Shown: positions 39,392-46,461 of the stretch, piece after piece
How positions within the stretch are numbered: the stretch's first letter is position 1
Layout: every line of letters begins with the position of its first letter
The notes under the pieces: model-generated
Told to the model about the DNA's origin: nothing
The model's input: only the letters and a program-made list of their open reading frames with translations
Databases searched by the model: none
Made by a program: the position numbers and the translations under genes
IMG/VR virus record: IMGVR_UViG_3300034069_000691
Span: 1 to 46,968 of that record
Length of the DNA: 46,968 bases
Strand: one strand, 5' to 3'
Source of the DNA: a virus

Positions 39392-39729
39392 GCGGCTGCC
39401 TCGCAGGTGCGGTAGTTCGCCCACTCGGTCACCCGCGACATGCCCTCCAGTAGCGGCTTGTCCCGCAGCACGATGACCTCGATGTCGCGCTGGCCGTACG
39501 ACTTGGACCAGGCAGACCCGGCGTTCTCCATGACGGCCAGCACGGTTGCGGTCCCATGCCAGCTGGCCTCATCCCAGCGCTCACCGCTGTGGTGGACCCG
39601 CTGTCCCACCCGGATCCGGTAGTCGCCCACGAGGGCGCTGTAGCCGCAGCCGATCAGGCCCTGCCGCTTCGTGTTGAGGTCGACGGCTTCGCGCTCGGCC
39701 AGCTGCTCGACGCTCTGCTCGGTGCTCAT
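39388..39729 (-). CDS. Hypothetical protein, 113 aa
   Basis: The ATG at 39727-39729 overlaps the mini-ORF stop (ATGA). The track ORF was trimmed. Confidence 0.6.
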   Translation of the reverse strand: MSTEQSVEQLAEREAVDLNTKRQGLIGCGYSALVGDYRIRVGQRVHHSGERWDEASWHGTATVLAVMENAGSAWSKSYGQRDIEVIVLRDKPLLEGMSRVTEWANYRTCEAAA

Positions 39730-39812
39730 GGCGTTCCTTCCGGGGACAGGGGTGGGGTGGGGATGACCCGCTCGAGGTCGTCGGCAAGCTCCCGCAGGAA
39801 GCGGGCGGTCAC
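39726..39812 (-). CDS. 28-aa mini-ORF (or -1 frame continuation of the 59-aa ORF)
   Basis: GTGA and ATGA overlaps. Translates as VTARFLRELADDLERVIPTPPLSPEGTP, which echoes the C-terminus of 44059..44301. Confidence 0.35.
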   Translation of the reverse strand: MTARFLRELADDLERVIPTPPLSPEGTP

Positions 39813-39988
39813 CGGTGGCCTCGCGCCTTGCGGCGGGTGACAACACGGATGCGGTGCCGCTGGGTCTGCAGACGGAGCCGGCGGAGCGGGGCCACCGCGG
39901 CGATGGCGGCTGCGGCCAGGTCGGCGAACGCCTGCTGCAGGTGGCTGGTGTCAAGCTCGAGCGTGATAACCAGATCGTCGGTAGCCAT
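39809..39988 (-). CDS. Hypothetical protein, 59 aa (below the track cutoff)
   Basis: The ATG lies 5 nt after GGAGG. It is the first gene after the 40-kb intergenic control region. Confidence 0.5.
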   Translation of the reverse strand: MATDDLVITLELDTSHLQQAFADLAAAAIAAVAPLRRLRLQTQRHRIRVVTRRKARGHR

Positions 39989-40026
39989 GGAACCTCCAAG
40001 CTGGGGAGGGGGCGTCCTCCCGTTGC

Positions 40027-40042
40027 CTGTCTAGTTTGACAA
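40027..40042 (-). promoter_or_regulatory. 16-bp site TTGTCAAACTAGACAG (complement strand); candidate operator
   Basis: Same motif family as 2207..2222 and 4248..4263. It lies in a 101-nt intergenic gap. Confidence 0.5.
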
Positions 40043-40089
40043 TAGGCAGCGCCACTGACAAGACCAGCCCGGCGTGTCGCCGCCGGCTT

Positions 40090-40707
40090 CTACCGTGCGG
40101 TGAGAGACCGGAGCTCGTCGGCCACGACCTGCACCACCTGCGGGTCCTGCAACGAATGACCCAGAGCCCCCACCACACGCGTCAGCAGGGCGTGGAACTC
40201 GGCGCCGACGTCCTTCATCCGCTGCTGCATCCGCAGCTCAATCCCCACCGACACGCAATCCTTCGACAACTGCGCCAAGTGCTTACGCTCCCGCTGATAC
40301 ACCTCGAGCAGAGGGTGCACCGCGGCCGACTTGATCGTGTCCGTGCCAGCGAACTGGGTCGCGTTCTTCGTAGCGATCTCGGTGACGCCCCACGTCAGGT
40401 CGGCGGCCTCAAGATCCCGGATCTGCGCCTCAAGCCACAACACCGCGCCCTGCGTCCGCCACAGCTCACCCAGGAGCGCGTCCACCGGATCCACCTGCAC
40501 CGGCAGCCCGTACGTCACCGCCAACGCCTCCACAGCGGCCTCCTGCTGCCGACGGGCGGCTGCGGCCTTGTTCTGCGGCGCACGACCACCGTGAGACCCA
40601 CAGCGGGTCTGCCCGTGCATCGGGGGCTTCTCGCAGTACTTGCCGGCGTCATCCCCGTTGCGGATGAGGGCTGCGCAGCGGTCATCCCTGGGTTGGACGC
40701 TGGCCAT
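40090..40707 (-). CDS. Hypothetical protein with an N-terminal Cys/His cluster, 205 aa
   Basis: Track ORF. It contains C-x12-C-x10-C-x2-HGG followed by a helical region. Confidence 0.65.
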   Translation of the reverse strand: MASVQPRDDRCAALIRNGDDAGKYCEKPPMHGQTRCGSHGGRAPQNKAAAARRQQEAAVEALAVTYGLPVQVDPVDALLGELWRTQGAVLWLEAQIRDLEAADLTWGVTEIATKNATQFAGTDTIKSAAVHPLLEVYQRERKHLAQLSKDCVSVGIELRMQQRMKDVGAEFHALLTRVVGALGHSLQDPQVVQVVADELRSLTAR

Positions 40708-40876
40708 GGGATCCGTGGGTCGATGCTTGGAAGTGGGCGAGGAACCGTCGCTGCTGGGCTCGGTGCTGGTCGATGTAGCCCTGCAGGTTGTCGACCTTGA
40801 CGAGGGTCATGTTGCGCAGGTCGCCGACGGTGGGTGGCTCGTCCATGGGCGGTCCGACGTACAGGTTGACGGTCAT
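40682..40876 (-). CDS. Hypothetical protein, 64 aa
   Basis: The ATG at 40874-40876 overlaps the upstream stop (ATGA). Confidence 0.5.
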   Translation of the reverse strand: MTVNLYVGPPMDEPPTVGDLRNMTLVKVDNLQGYIDQHRAQQRRFLAHFQASTHGSHGQRPTQG

Positions 40877-41295
40877 CGCGCCACCGCTTCGGGATGGCAA
40901 GGGCAGCCTCGGGTGTGGGGGCCGACAGCGCTGGTCCCGTGGGGGCACGTGCAGGCGGTTTGCTGTGGGGTCACCGGGCTCACCTCACGGACCTTCTCGA
41001 CAGCGTCACGGCGGCCATCCACCCAGCCGTAGCCCCAGGCGTCGCCGACGGGCAGATCCTTGGCCAGCTCCTCAGCCACCTGCTTGTAGCGGGCGTGGAT
41101 CGCGGCTCGCTGCTCCGCTAGTGCGTTGGCGATCGCAGTGACCATCAACCGGTCTCGCGACGACGGCGAATGCATCGCGGTCCGTTCGGTGACGACGATC
41201 GCGGCTGCGTCTCGCCAGTCCTCAGCAATTGGTCCGGGGGTAATCGGCAGCACGGGTGGTTGCACGGCCATGTGCGGTTTACCAGGCGCAGTCAT
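40873..41295 (-). CDS. Hypothetical protein, 140 aa
   Basis: Track ORF. An alternative ATG lies at 41271. Confidence 0.6.
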   Translation of the reverse strand: MTAPGKPHMAVQPPVLPITPGPIAEDWRDAAAIVVTERTAMHSPSSRDRLMVTAIANALAEQRAAIHARYKQVAEELAKDLPVGDAWGYGWVDGRRDAVEKVREVSPVTPQQTACTCPHGTSAVGPHTRGCPCHPEAVAR

Positions 41296-41659
41296 CGGTG
41301 CGCCTTGCGGTAGTGCTCAGCTGCTGGCGAGCCTCGTCGGTGAGCCGGTAGATGGTGCGGCGTCGTTCGCCGTCGCGGGTGCGTGTGCCGTTCTTTTCGC
41401 ACCATCCAAGCCGCTCGAGCTGGGAGAGGCGTGGTGCGACGCTGTAGAGCCCAATGATGTGGTGGGCCTGCACGTACAGGTCGAGGGTCTCGGTGGCGGT
41501 GAGCCCGTCGGGGTGGGCCTGCAGTAGGGCGATGACGGCGGCGTTGAGGCTGCCGACCTTGGGTTGCGCGAGGGCGGCGGCTTCGCGCTCAGCTTCGCCG
41601 GCGTGGGCGTGGTGCAGGGCGGGTGCGGCGGCCGGGCGGGGGAGCTGGGTAGTGTTCAT
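41279..41659 (-). CDS. Winged-helix (MarR/PadR-like) DNA-binding protein, 126 aa
   Basis: The ATG at 41657-41659 overlaps the upstream stop. The sequence LLQAHPDGLTATETLDLY...APRLSQLERLGWCEK...RTIYRLT fits a wHTH layout. Confidence 0.55.
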   Translation of the reverse strand: MNTTQLPRPAAAPALHHAHAGEAEREAAALAQPKVGSLNAAVIALLQAHPDGLTATETLDLYVQAHHIIGLYSVAPRLSQLERLGWCEKNGTRTRDGERRRTIYRLTDEARQQLSTTARRTDDCAW

Positions 41660-41946
41660 CGAACCCACTCGGTTCCCTTGACGACCCACTTGATGTCTCC
41701 GGTCAGGACGGCTTCGTCGCTGTAGCAGCCCTCGTGCCGGTCGGCGGCAGTTGTGATCTGCAGATCGGCGGACCCACGAACGCGGATGCTGATCCGCCAC
41801 TCGTCGGTGTAGTCGACGGCTAGCACTGTGCCGTCGGAGAAGCCCAGGTAGATCGGGTCGGAATCGTAGGCGCCGAACTCCTCGGACAGGTCGCCTTCGA
41901 TTTCGATGAGGTCGTCGGAGTGGCCGTAGACGCGAACGGTGCTCAT
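41656..41946 (-). CDS. Hypothetical protein, 96 aa
   Basis: Track ORF. An ATG follows GAGGAGA. Confidence 0.7.
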   Translation of the reverse strand: MSTVRVYGHSDDLIEIEGDLSEEFGAYDSDPIYLGFSDGTVLAVDYTDEWRISIRVRGSADLQITTAADRHEGCYSDEAVLTGDIKWVVKGTEWVR

Positions 41947-42017
41947 GTGGGGTCTCCTCTGAGGGGCCGGGCGTGGCCTGTCCGGTGTTCAGTCTGCCAG
42001 TAGACAGTGCGGTCTGG

Positions 42018-42284
42018 CTAGTGGTCGCGGCGCGGGCGGGTGGCGAGTGCGGCTTTGGCGGCGCGGAAGGCTTGCCGGCCGGGGGAGTCCTCGTCAGCGA
42101 CATGCTCCGGGCGTGCGGGTGCGGTTTCGACGATGTCGCGGGGTGGGGTCCACCCAAGGTCGAGCAGTTGGTCGAGGATCCATGTGGCGCGGTCGTCGGG
42201 GTCGGTGAGCTTCCACCGTTCGAGGGCTTCGGAGATGGTCATGCGGGCTTTGGTGTGCTGCCCGATGGCGTGGGCGGTGGTCAT
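42018..42284 (-). CDS. Hypothetical protein, 88 aa
   Basis: The ATG at 42282-42284 overlaps the upstream stop (ATGA). Confidence 0.6.
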   Translation of the reverse strand: MTTAHAIGQHTKARMTISEALERWKLTDPDDRATWILDQLLDLGWTPPRDIVETAPARPEHVADEDSPGRQAFRAAKAALATRPRRDH

Positions 42285-42679
42285 GGGTTGGTCCTTCGTG
42301 GGCAGCGGGTGTGAACCCGCGGGCTGTTGTCGATCTTGCTGGTGAGCTGTTGTCCACAGTCGGTGCACGGGTGGTGTGGACGCTGGTGGGTGGCCATCCA
42401 GGTGCCACCGGGCAGGCCCTTAGCGCCGCAGGTGGCGCACACCCAGCGGTTGCCGCTGCGGCTGGTCACGAACCCGGCTGGTGGCGTCGGTACGGGCACC
42501 GTGGTGCGCCGGGTTTCCCAGGTTGCGAGGTCGGCTTTGCCCTCGTCCCAGCCCTGCTGCCAGTTGACGTGCTCGCTGGCGGTGAGCTCCCGACGGAACG
42601 TCGCCGGCGCCTGCCCTTGGGCTTGGCCCCACCCGTCGAACCAGACCAGCAAACCGAGCGACCGGTCGTCGATGGTCAC
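42281..42679 (-). CDS. Hypothetical zinc-ribbon-like protein, 132 aa
   Basis: The GTG at 42677-42679 overlaps the upstream stop. It contains CATCG...CTDCG. Confidence 0.6.
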   Translation of the reverse strand: MTIDDRSLGLLVWFDGWGQAQGQAPATFRRELTASEHVNWQQGWDEGKADLATWETRRTTVPVPTPPAGFVTSRSGNRWVCATCGAKGLPGGTWMATHQRPHHPCTDCGQQLTSKIDNSPRVHTRCPRRTNP

Positions 42680-43398
42680 CCGGCTGCCTTCCGGTCGGCT
42701 TCGCATCCGTTGCAGACCCGGTCGTAGCTGGTGTCGTGGATCAGGCAGCGGTTAAGCGGGGCGACGAGCCGCAACCCGGGGCCGGCTGCGTCGGCTGCCA
42801 TGCGAGCGTCCTTGCAGGCGCCACACGGCGGCGGCGCTGGGTGATCAAGGTGGGTGGGGCATCGTCGAGGGAGGGGGGGCATCGCACTTGCGACCCCTAC
42901 TGACGTGAGTTCCCCCCTCTCTTGAGTAGTTACTTCTGTCTCTGTCTCTGTAGATGCGACGGTTTGCGACGGCTTTGCGATCGCAGTTGCGATCCGACTG
43001 CGATCGCCGGAAGGGTCGTCTTGGCAATACTCGCAGTCGGCCTTTGGGGTCCGCTTGATGACGTGCCAGCGGACGTGGTTTCCGTAACTCCCGCTGTTGC
43101 CCTTGACCGACTTGTACAGCTCGATCTCGGCGGCCGAGCGTTGATGTTCCAGGTAGTCATGGGCCTGTAGGTGGTCGTCGTGGACCTCGATGAGGCCAGC
43201 TGCGATGAGCTCCCGGCGGGCCTTCGGGGTACCTCGCTTCGCCCACGCTTTAGCCGTCATGCGGCCGTCGGTGCCGTTGCGCGAGGAGTAGCACCAGGTG
43301 GTGATCAGCAGCCGAAAAGCGGCGTCAGTCAAGCCTTCAATCTTCGGGTGTTCGTCAAAGCCGTCGTGCACTCGGATGTACGTGCGGTCGTCGGGCAT
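42676..43398 (-). CDS. Putative replication-organiser / DNA-binding protein, 240 aa
   Basis: The N-terminus MPDDRTYIRVHDGFDEHPKIEGLTDAAFRLLITTWCYSSRNGTDG resembles phage replisome-organiser N-domains. This is from memory and was not searched. Confidence 0.45.
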   Translation of the reverse strand: MPDDRTYIRVHDGFDEHPKIEGLTDAAFRLLITTWCYSSRNGTDGRMTAKAWAKRGTPKARRELIAAGLIEVHDDHLQAHDYLEHQRSAAEIELYKSVKGNSGSYGNHVRWHVIKRTPKADCEYCQDDPSGDRSRIATAIAKPSQTVASTETETEVTTQERGELTSVGVASAMPPLPRRCPTHLDHPAPPPCGACKDARMAADAAGPGLRLVAPLNRCLIHDTSYDRVCNGCEADRKAAG

Positions 43399-43565
43399 CA
43401 GGCTGCCCTGCGCTGTTCGTCGGCGTGCAGTCGTTCGCGGTGGTGCTCGATCTGAGTGACGGACGGCAGCGTCTGGCTGGGGGTGTTGCGGTACTCGGGG
43501 CAGGGGCGCATCGTCTCGGCGATGGCCGCCCGGTACCAGGCTTCGAGCTCGTCGTCGGCGGTCAC
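43398..43565 (-). CDS. Hypothetical protein, 55 aa (below the track cutoff)
   Basis: GTGA overlap with the WhiB stop and TGATG overlap with the next ATG. Confidence 0.5.
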   Translation of the reverse strand: MTADDELEAWYRAAIAETMRPCPEYRNTPSQTLPSVTQIEHHRERLHADEQRRAA

Positions 43566-43960
43566 TCCGGCCACCCGTTCTCCATCACGTGCCGGCGCTG
43601 GTCAGCGTCCCGACAGACCGGGCAAAACGGTTCCTTGGCTTTGGCGTGGGCCCTCAGCGCTTCGATGGTGCCGTGCGCAGGCGGTAGACGGGGCCAGCTC
43701 AACACCGACCCGTTCGACCCCACCATCCGGTGGGTGACGCGCACGCCACCCCGAACTTGGCCCGCGTCGAACCTGTCGACCGCGGCCAGGCACTCCTCGG
43801 TAACAGGACACGTTTCGCACACGGCGATCGCTAGATCCTGGCGCGCTCGGACAGCTGGAGTGAGGTTGCCGCCCTTCGCGGGGGCTTCCCACCACTCGGG
43901 GTGGGGGTGGCCGACGCAGGCGCCGCGCTGCGCCCATGCCTGCATGTACGTGGATTGCAT
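43562..43960 (-). CDS. whiB: WhiB-like (Wbl) Fe-S transcription factor with a C-terminal extension, 132 aa
   Basis: The Cys pattern is C15 ... C48-x2-C-x5-C (AVCETCPVTEEC). An ATG follows GGAGA. Confidence 0.85.
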   Translation of the reverse strand: MQSTYMQAWAQRGACVGHPHPEWWEAPAKGGNLTPAVRARQDLAIAVCETCPVTEECLAAVDRFDAGQVRGGVRVTHRMVGSNGSVLSWPRLPPAHGTIEALRAHAKAKEPFCPVCRDADQRRHVMENGWPE

Positions 43961-44058
43961 GTGGGTCTCCGTTCGCGCCCGCGTGGGGCGGCTACTTCGG
44001 GGTCTCGTCTGCGGGTCGTGCAGTGTCGATGTGGACGGCAGACAGTGCGGCCGACCGG

Positions 44059-44301
44059 TCAGATCTCGTCGAGGTCGTCAGCGATCTCACGCAGGAACCG
44101 TGCGGCGGCAGTCGGGGTGAGGTTGGCGCCCGTCAGCTGGCCACCAACCTCCACGCGTATCCACACCAGGCCGAACGAGTCAACCGCTCTGGTGAGGTCT
44201 CGTGGCGGGCTCGTGCGGTCACGGGCCGCGAACCGGTCTGGGGTGGGCAGAGCCAGCTGGCCGGGCACGGATTCGACCCGAGGCAGGTCGGCGGCGGTCA
44301 T
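44059..44301 (-). CDS. Hypothetical protein, 80 aa
   Basis: Track ORF with an ATGA overlap. Confidence 0.6.
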   Translation of the reverse strand: MTAADLPRVESVPGQLALPTPDRFAARDRTSPPRDLTRAVDSFGLVWIRVEVGGQLTGANLTPTAAARFLREIADDLDEI

Positions 44302-44618
44302 GCCGGCACCGCCGTCCGAGCTGGCGTCAGCTCCCGTTGGATGACGCCCGACGCGAAGTGCTCAGGTCGCCACACGTGCACGCTGTGCCCGCCCTGCTCG
44401 AGCGCCGCAATCCACTGCCGCTGCTCCGGGGTTAGGCGGCCGACGTCAGTCTTGAGCTCTATGAACTTGAGCTCACCGGTGCGCGGGTGGACCAGCACCA
44501 GGTCGGGCAGGCCGCGTCGGTTGCGGCGGGAGTCGACGTCGTGGAACCACAGCCACCCCCGCAGCTTGACGAGGTCGACGACGGCCTGCTGAAACTGGGC
44601 CTCCGTAGGGCGGGTCAC
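44298..44618 (-). CDS. VRR-NUC domain nuclease, 106 aa
   Basis: PDLVLV...ELKFIELKT forms a D...ExK motif. The GTG at 44616-44618 overlaps the mini-ORF stop. Confidence 0.75.
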   Translation of the reverse strand: MTRPTEAQFQQAVVDLVKLRGWLWFHDVDSRRNRRGLPDLVLVHPRTGELKFIELKTDVGRLTPEQRQWIAALEQGGHSVHVWRPEHFASGVIQRELTPARTAVPA

Positions 44619-44716
44619 GCGTGCCGCCCCCGCCGGGGGCGGTGCGACACAGGCCGCACCGCCGTCCGCCCCTGCTCGCGGCGCAGACGGGCGATCAGCC
44701 ACCACACGTCCGACAC
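44615..44716 (-). CDS. Possible 33-aa basic mini-ORF
   Basis: Translates as VSDVWWLIARLRREQGRTAVRPVSHRPRRGRHA. By my count, 31 of 33 third positions are G/C. GTGA overlap with the VRR-NUC start. Confidence 0.4.
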   Translation of the reverse strand: MSDVWWLIARLRREQGRTAVRPVSHRPRRGRHA

Positions 44717-44727
44717 GGGCGCGGCGG

Positions 44728-45417
44728 TCACTGACCGGGCTCTTGCGCGTCGTCAGCGGTCGGCTCCCAGTCGGCGGGCGGTTCCTCTGACCAGTCCTCG
44801 GGAAGGGTCGTCTCCTCCGGCGTGGTGACGTCGGGGTCGGGGAACAGGTCATCAACGTCGGCGCCGCCCTTGGTGATGGCCTGATACCAGGCGCGGGCTG
44901 CGGTGACATCGTCGCTGCCCCACTGGCCGCGGGGCTTGCCAACCTTCGCCTCGAGCCGGTCAAGGTCGACGCCCTGCCCGGCAAACGCGGCGACCATCTT
45001 CCCGACGGGGTCGGCGGGGAGCTTAGGTGCAGGGGCCTTGGGGAGCGGCTGTACCACGAACGGTGCGCGGGTACCGCGCTTGATGGTGAGGGCCAGCGTG
45101 AGCGCTTTCTCGATGCCGTCGACGTGGCTGATGCGGATGCCGCCGACGGCCTGCCCGCCGAACTGGATGGACGGGTCGCGGTACAGGGTGAGGCGCTTGC
45201 CGGCGTAGGTGGAGGCGTCGGGACCCCAGACGGCGACCATGACGCGGCGCATGGACTTGGAGGGCTTGAAGGGGCGGCCAGGGAACTCAACGAGGTGGAC
45301 GTCGATGGGCTGCTCGGTGTTGCCGCGCTTGACCTCGGCGATGGTGAAGGTGCGGGGGCCGGACATGAGGTCGTCGGCGTTGAGCTGGTCGGAGCGGGGG
45401 GCGATGGATTCGGTCAT
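44728..45417 (-). CDS. Hypothetical protein with an acidic C-terminal tail, 229 aa (candidate ssDNA-binding/annealing partner, by position only)
   Basis: ATG at 45415-45417. The tail reads ...EDWSEEPPADWEPTADDAQEPGQ. It lies between the YqaJ-like and VRR-NUC genes. Confidence 0.6.
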   Translation of the reverse strand: MTESIAPRSDQLNADDLMSGPRTFTIAEVKRGNTEQPIDVHLVEFPGRPFKPSKSMRRVMVAVWGPDASTYAGKRLTLYRDPSIQFGGQAVGGIRISHVDGIEKALTLALTIKRGTRAPFVVQPLPKAPAPKLPADPVGKMVAAFAGQGVDLDRLEAKVGKPRGQWGSDDVTAARAWYQAITKGGADVDDLFPDPDVTTPEETTLPEDWSEEPPADWEPTADDAQEPGQ

Positions 45418-45428
45418 GTCGAGCACGG

Positions 45429-45782
45429 TTAGCTCTCTTCGGGGGTCGTGGGGGTGGTGCCGTCGGCGTAGTGCCAGGTGAGGTAGTCGCCCTCCCAGTC
45501 GATGGCGACGGGGCCGTCGGGGAACTCGGAGTTGTCGACGGACAGCTCGCCGGGTCCGTAGGACTCGCCCAGTTCGACCGCGGCCATCCAGGGGGCGATC
45601 CAGCACTCGGCGTGCGGCTGGTCCTCGTGGCCTGGTGCTGGCGGGTCTCCGTGCAGTGACTCGTTCCACCCCTCGCACTCGCAGCTGGGGTAGTTGCGAC
45701 ACGCTGATGCAGGGGCGGCGGTGCAGACGAAGCTCCCGCCCTGGATGCGGTGGATCGACGAGTCGTCGCCGTGCGCGGCCAT
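45429..45782 (-). CDS. Hypothetical protein, 117 aa
   Basis: Track ORF. Confidence 0.65.
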   Translation of the reverse strand: MAAHGDDSSIHRIQGGSFVCTAAPASACRNYPSCECEGWNESLHGDPPAPGHEDQPHAECWIAPWMAAVELGESYGPGELSVDNSEFPDGPVAIDWEGDYLTWHYADGTTPTTPEES

Positions 45783-45783
45783 G

Positions 45784-46461
45784 TCAGATCACCATCTCTT
45801 CGAAGTCGATGGAGCGTTCGGTGGTGGGGAGACCAGCGGTGGCCGCGGTGTAGGCGGCGACCATCTCGGCGGCGGTCTTCTCGAAGCCGGCGACAGCGGC
45901 GACGAGGGCCTCCTGCCAGCGGGGGTCAGGGAGCACCCGCTTGCGGTAGAGCGGCATCCCGCCGCAGTAGGAGAGGTAGTCGCACCAGGCCCGGCCGGAG
46001 ACGAGCAGGCCGCACTGGATCTGGGCGACGTTCTCCGCCGGCACCTCGTCGAACAAGATGGTCTGGAGGTGCTTCTTCGGGCGGCGGGACTTGACCTCGA
46101 TCAGGCCGTCGTCGCCGACGAGCCCATCGGGGGAGTAGCCGATGGAGAAGCCCCAGTCGTCGCGGACCATGAACCCGGCCGAGGTGACCGGCGCCCACGT
46201 GCGGCTGTAGAGGTCGACGGCCAGGGGCTCGTCGGCGATCCCGCGGAGCATGTCGTCGCCCATGTAGGTGGGGTCGGTCCAGCCGGTGATCCGCTCGGCG
46301 ACCAGCAGCGCGACGAGGGCGCGGGAGTGGTCGTTGTTGGCGGGCTGCACCGTCTTGCCCGTGACGAGCTGACCGACGACGGAGGCGGTGACCATGCCGC
46401 GGCGCTGGTCGTGCCACTCATCGGTGCCCTGGATGAGGTCGGGGAGGACGCGGAGGGTCAT
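45784..46461 (-). CDS. YqaJ / lambda-exonuclease-like PD-(D/E)XK recombination exonuclease, 225 aa
   Basis: Motifs are GTDEWHDQRRGMVTASVVG and SPDGLVGDDGLIEVKSRR. The ATG at 46459-46461 overlaps the upstream stop (ATGA). Confidence 0.8.
   Translation of the reverse strand: MTLRVLPDLIQGTDEWHDQRRGMVTASVVGQLVTGKTVQPANNDHSRALVALLVAERITGWTDPTYMGDDMLRGIADEPLAVDLYSRTWAPVTSAGFMVRDDWGFSIGYSPDGLVGDDGLIEVKSRRPKKHLQTILFDEVPAENVAQIQCGLLVSGRAWCDYLSYCGGMPLYRKRVLPDPRWQEALVAAVAGFEKTAAEMVAAYTAATAGLPTTERSIDFEEMVI

Noticed and set aside
40069-40086. A terminator hairpin after the 205-aa gene.
   Set aside because: On recount it has only a 6-bp GC stem with a 6-nt loop, which is too weak to call.
40036-40800. 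A 254-aa plus-strand ORF downstream of the TTGACA element as a real protein.
   Set aside because: It is fully antisense to a good minus-strand gene and its translation is Arg/Leu/Pro-rich junk. Only a possible antisense RNA is kept as a hypothesis.
44619-44705. An N-terminal extension of VRR-NUC from the GTG at 44702/44705.
   Set aside because: This frame has lower GC3 than the overlapping 33-aa frame, and the added sequence is an Ala/Pro/Gly-rich tail with no motif.
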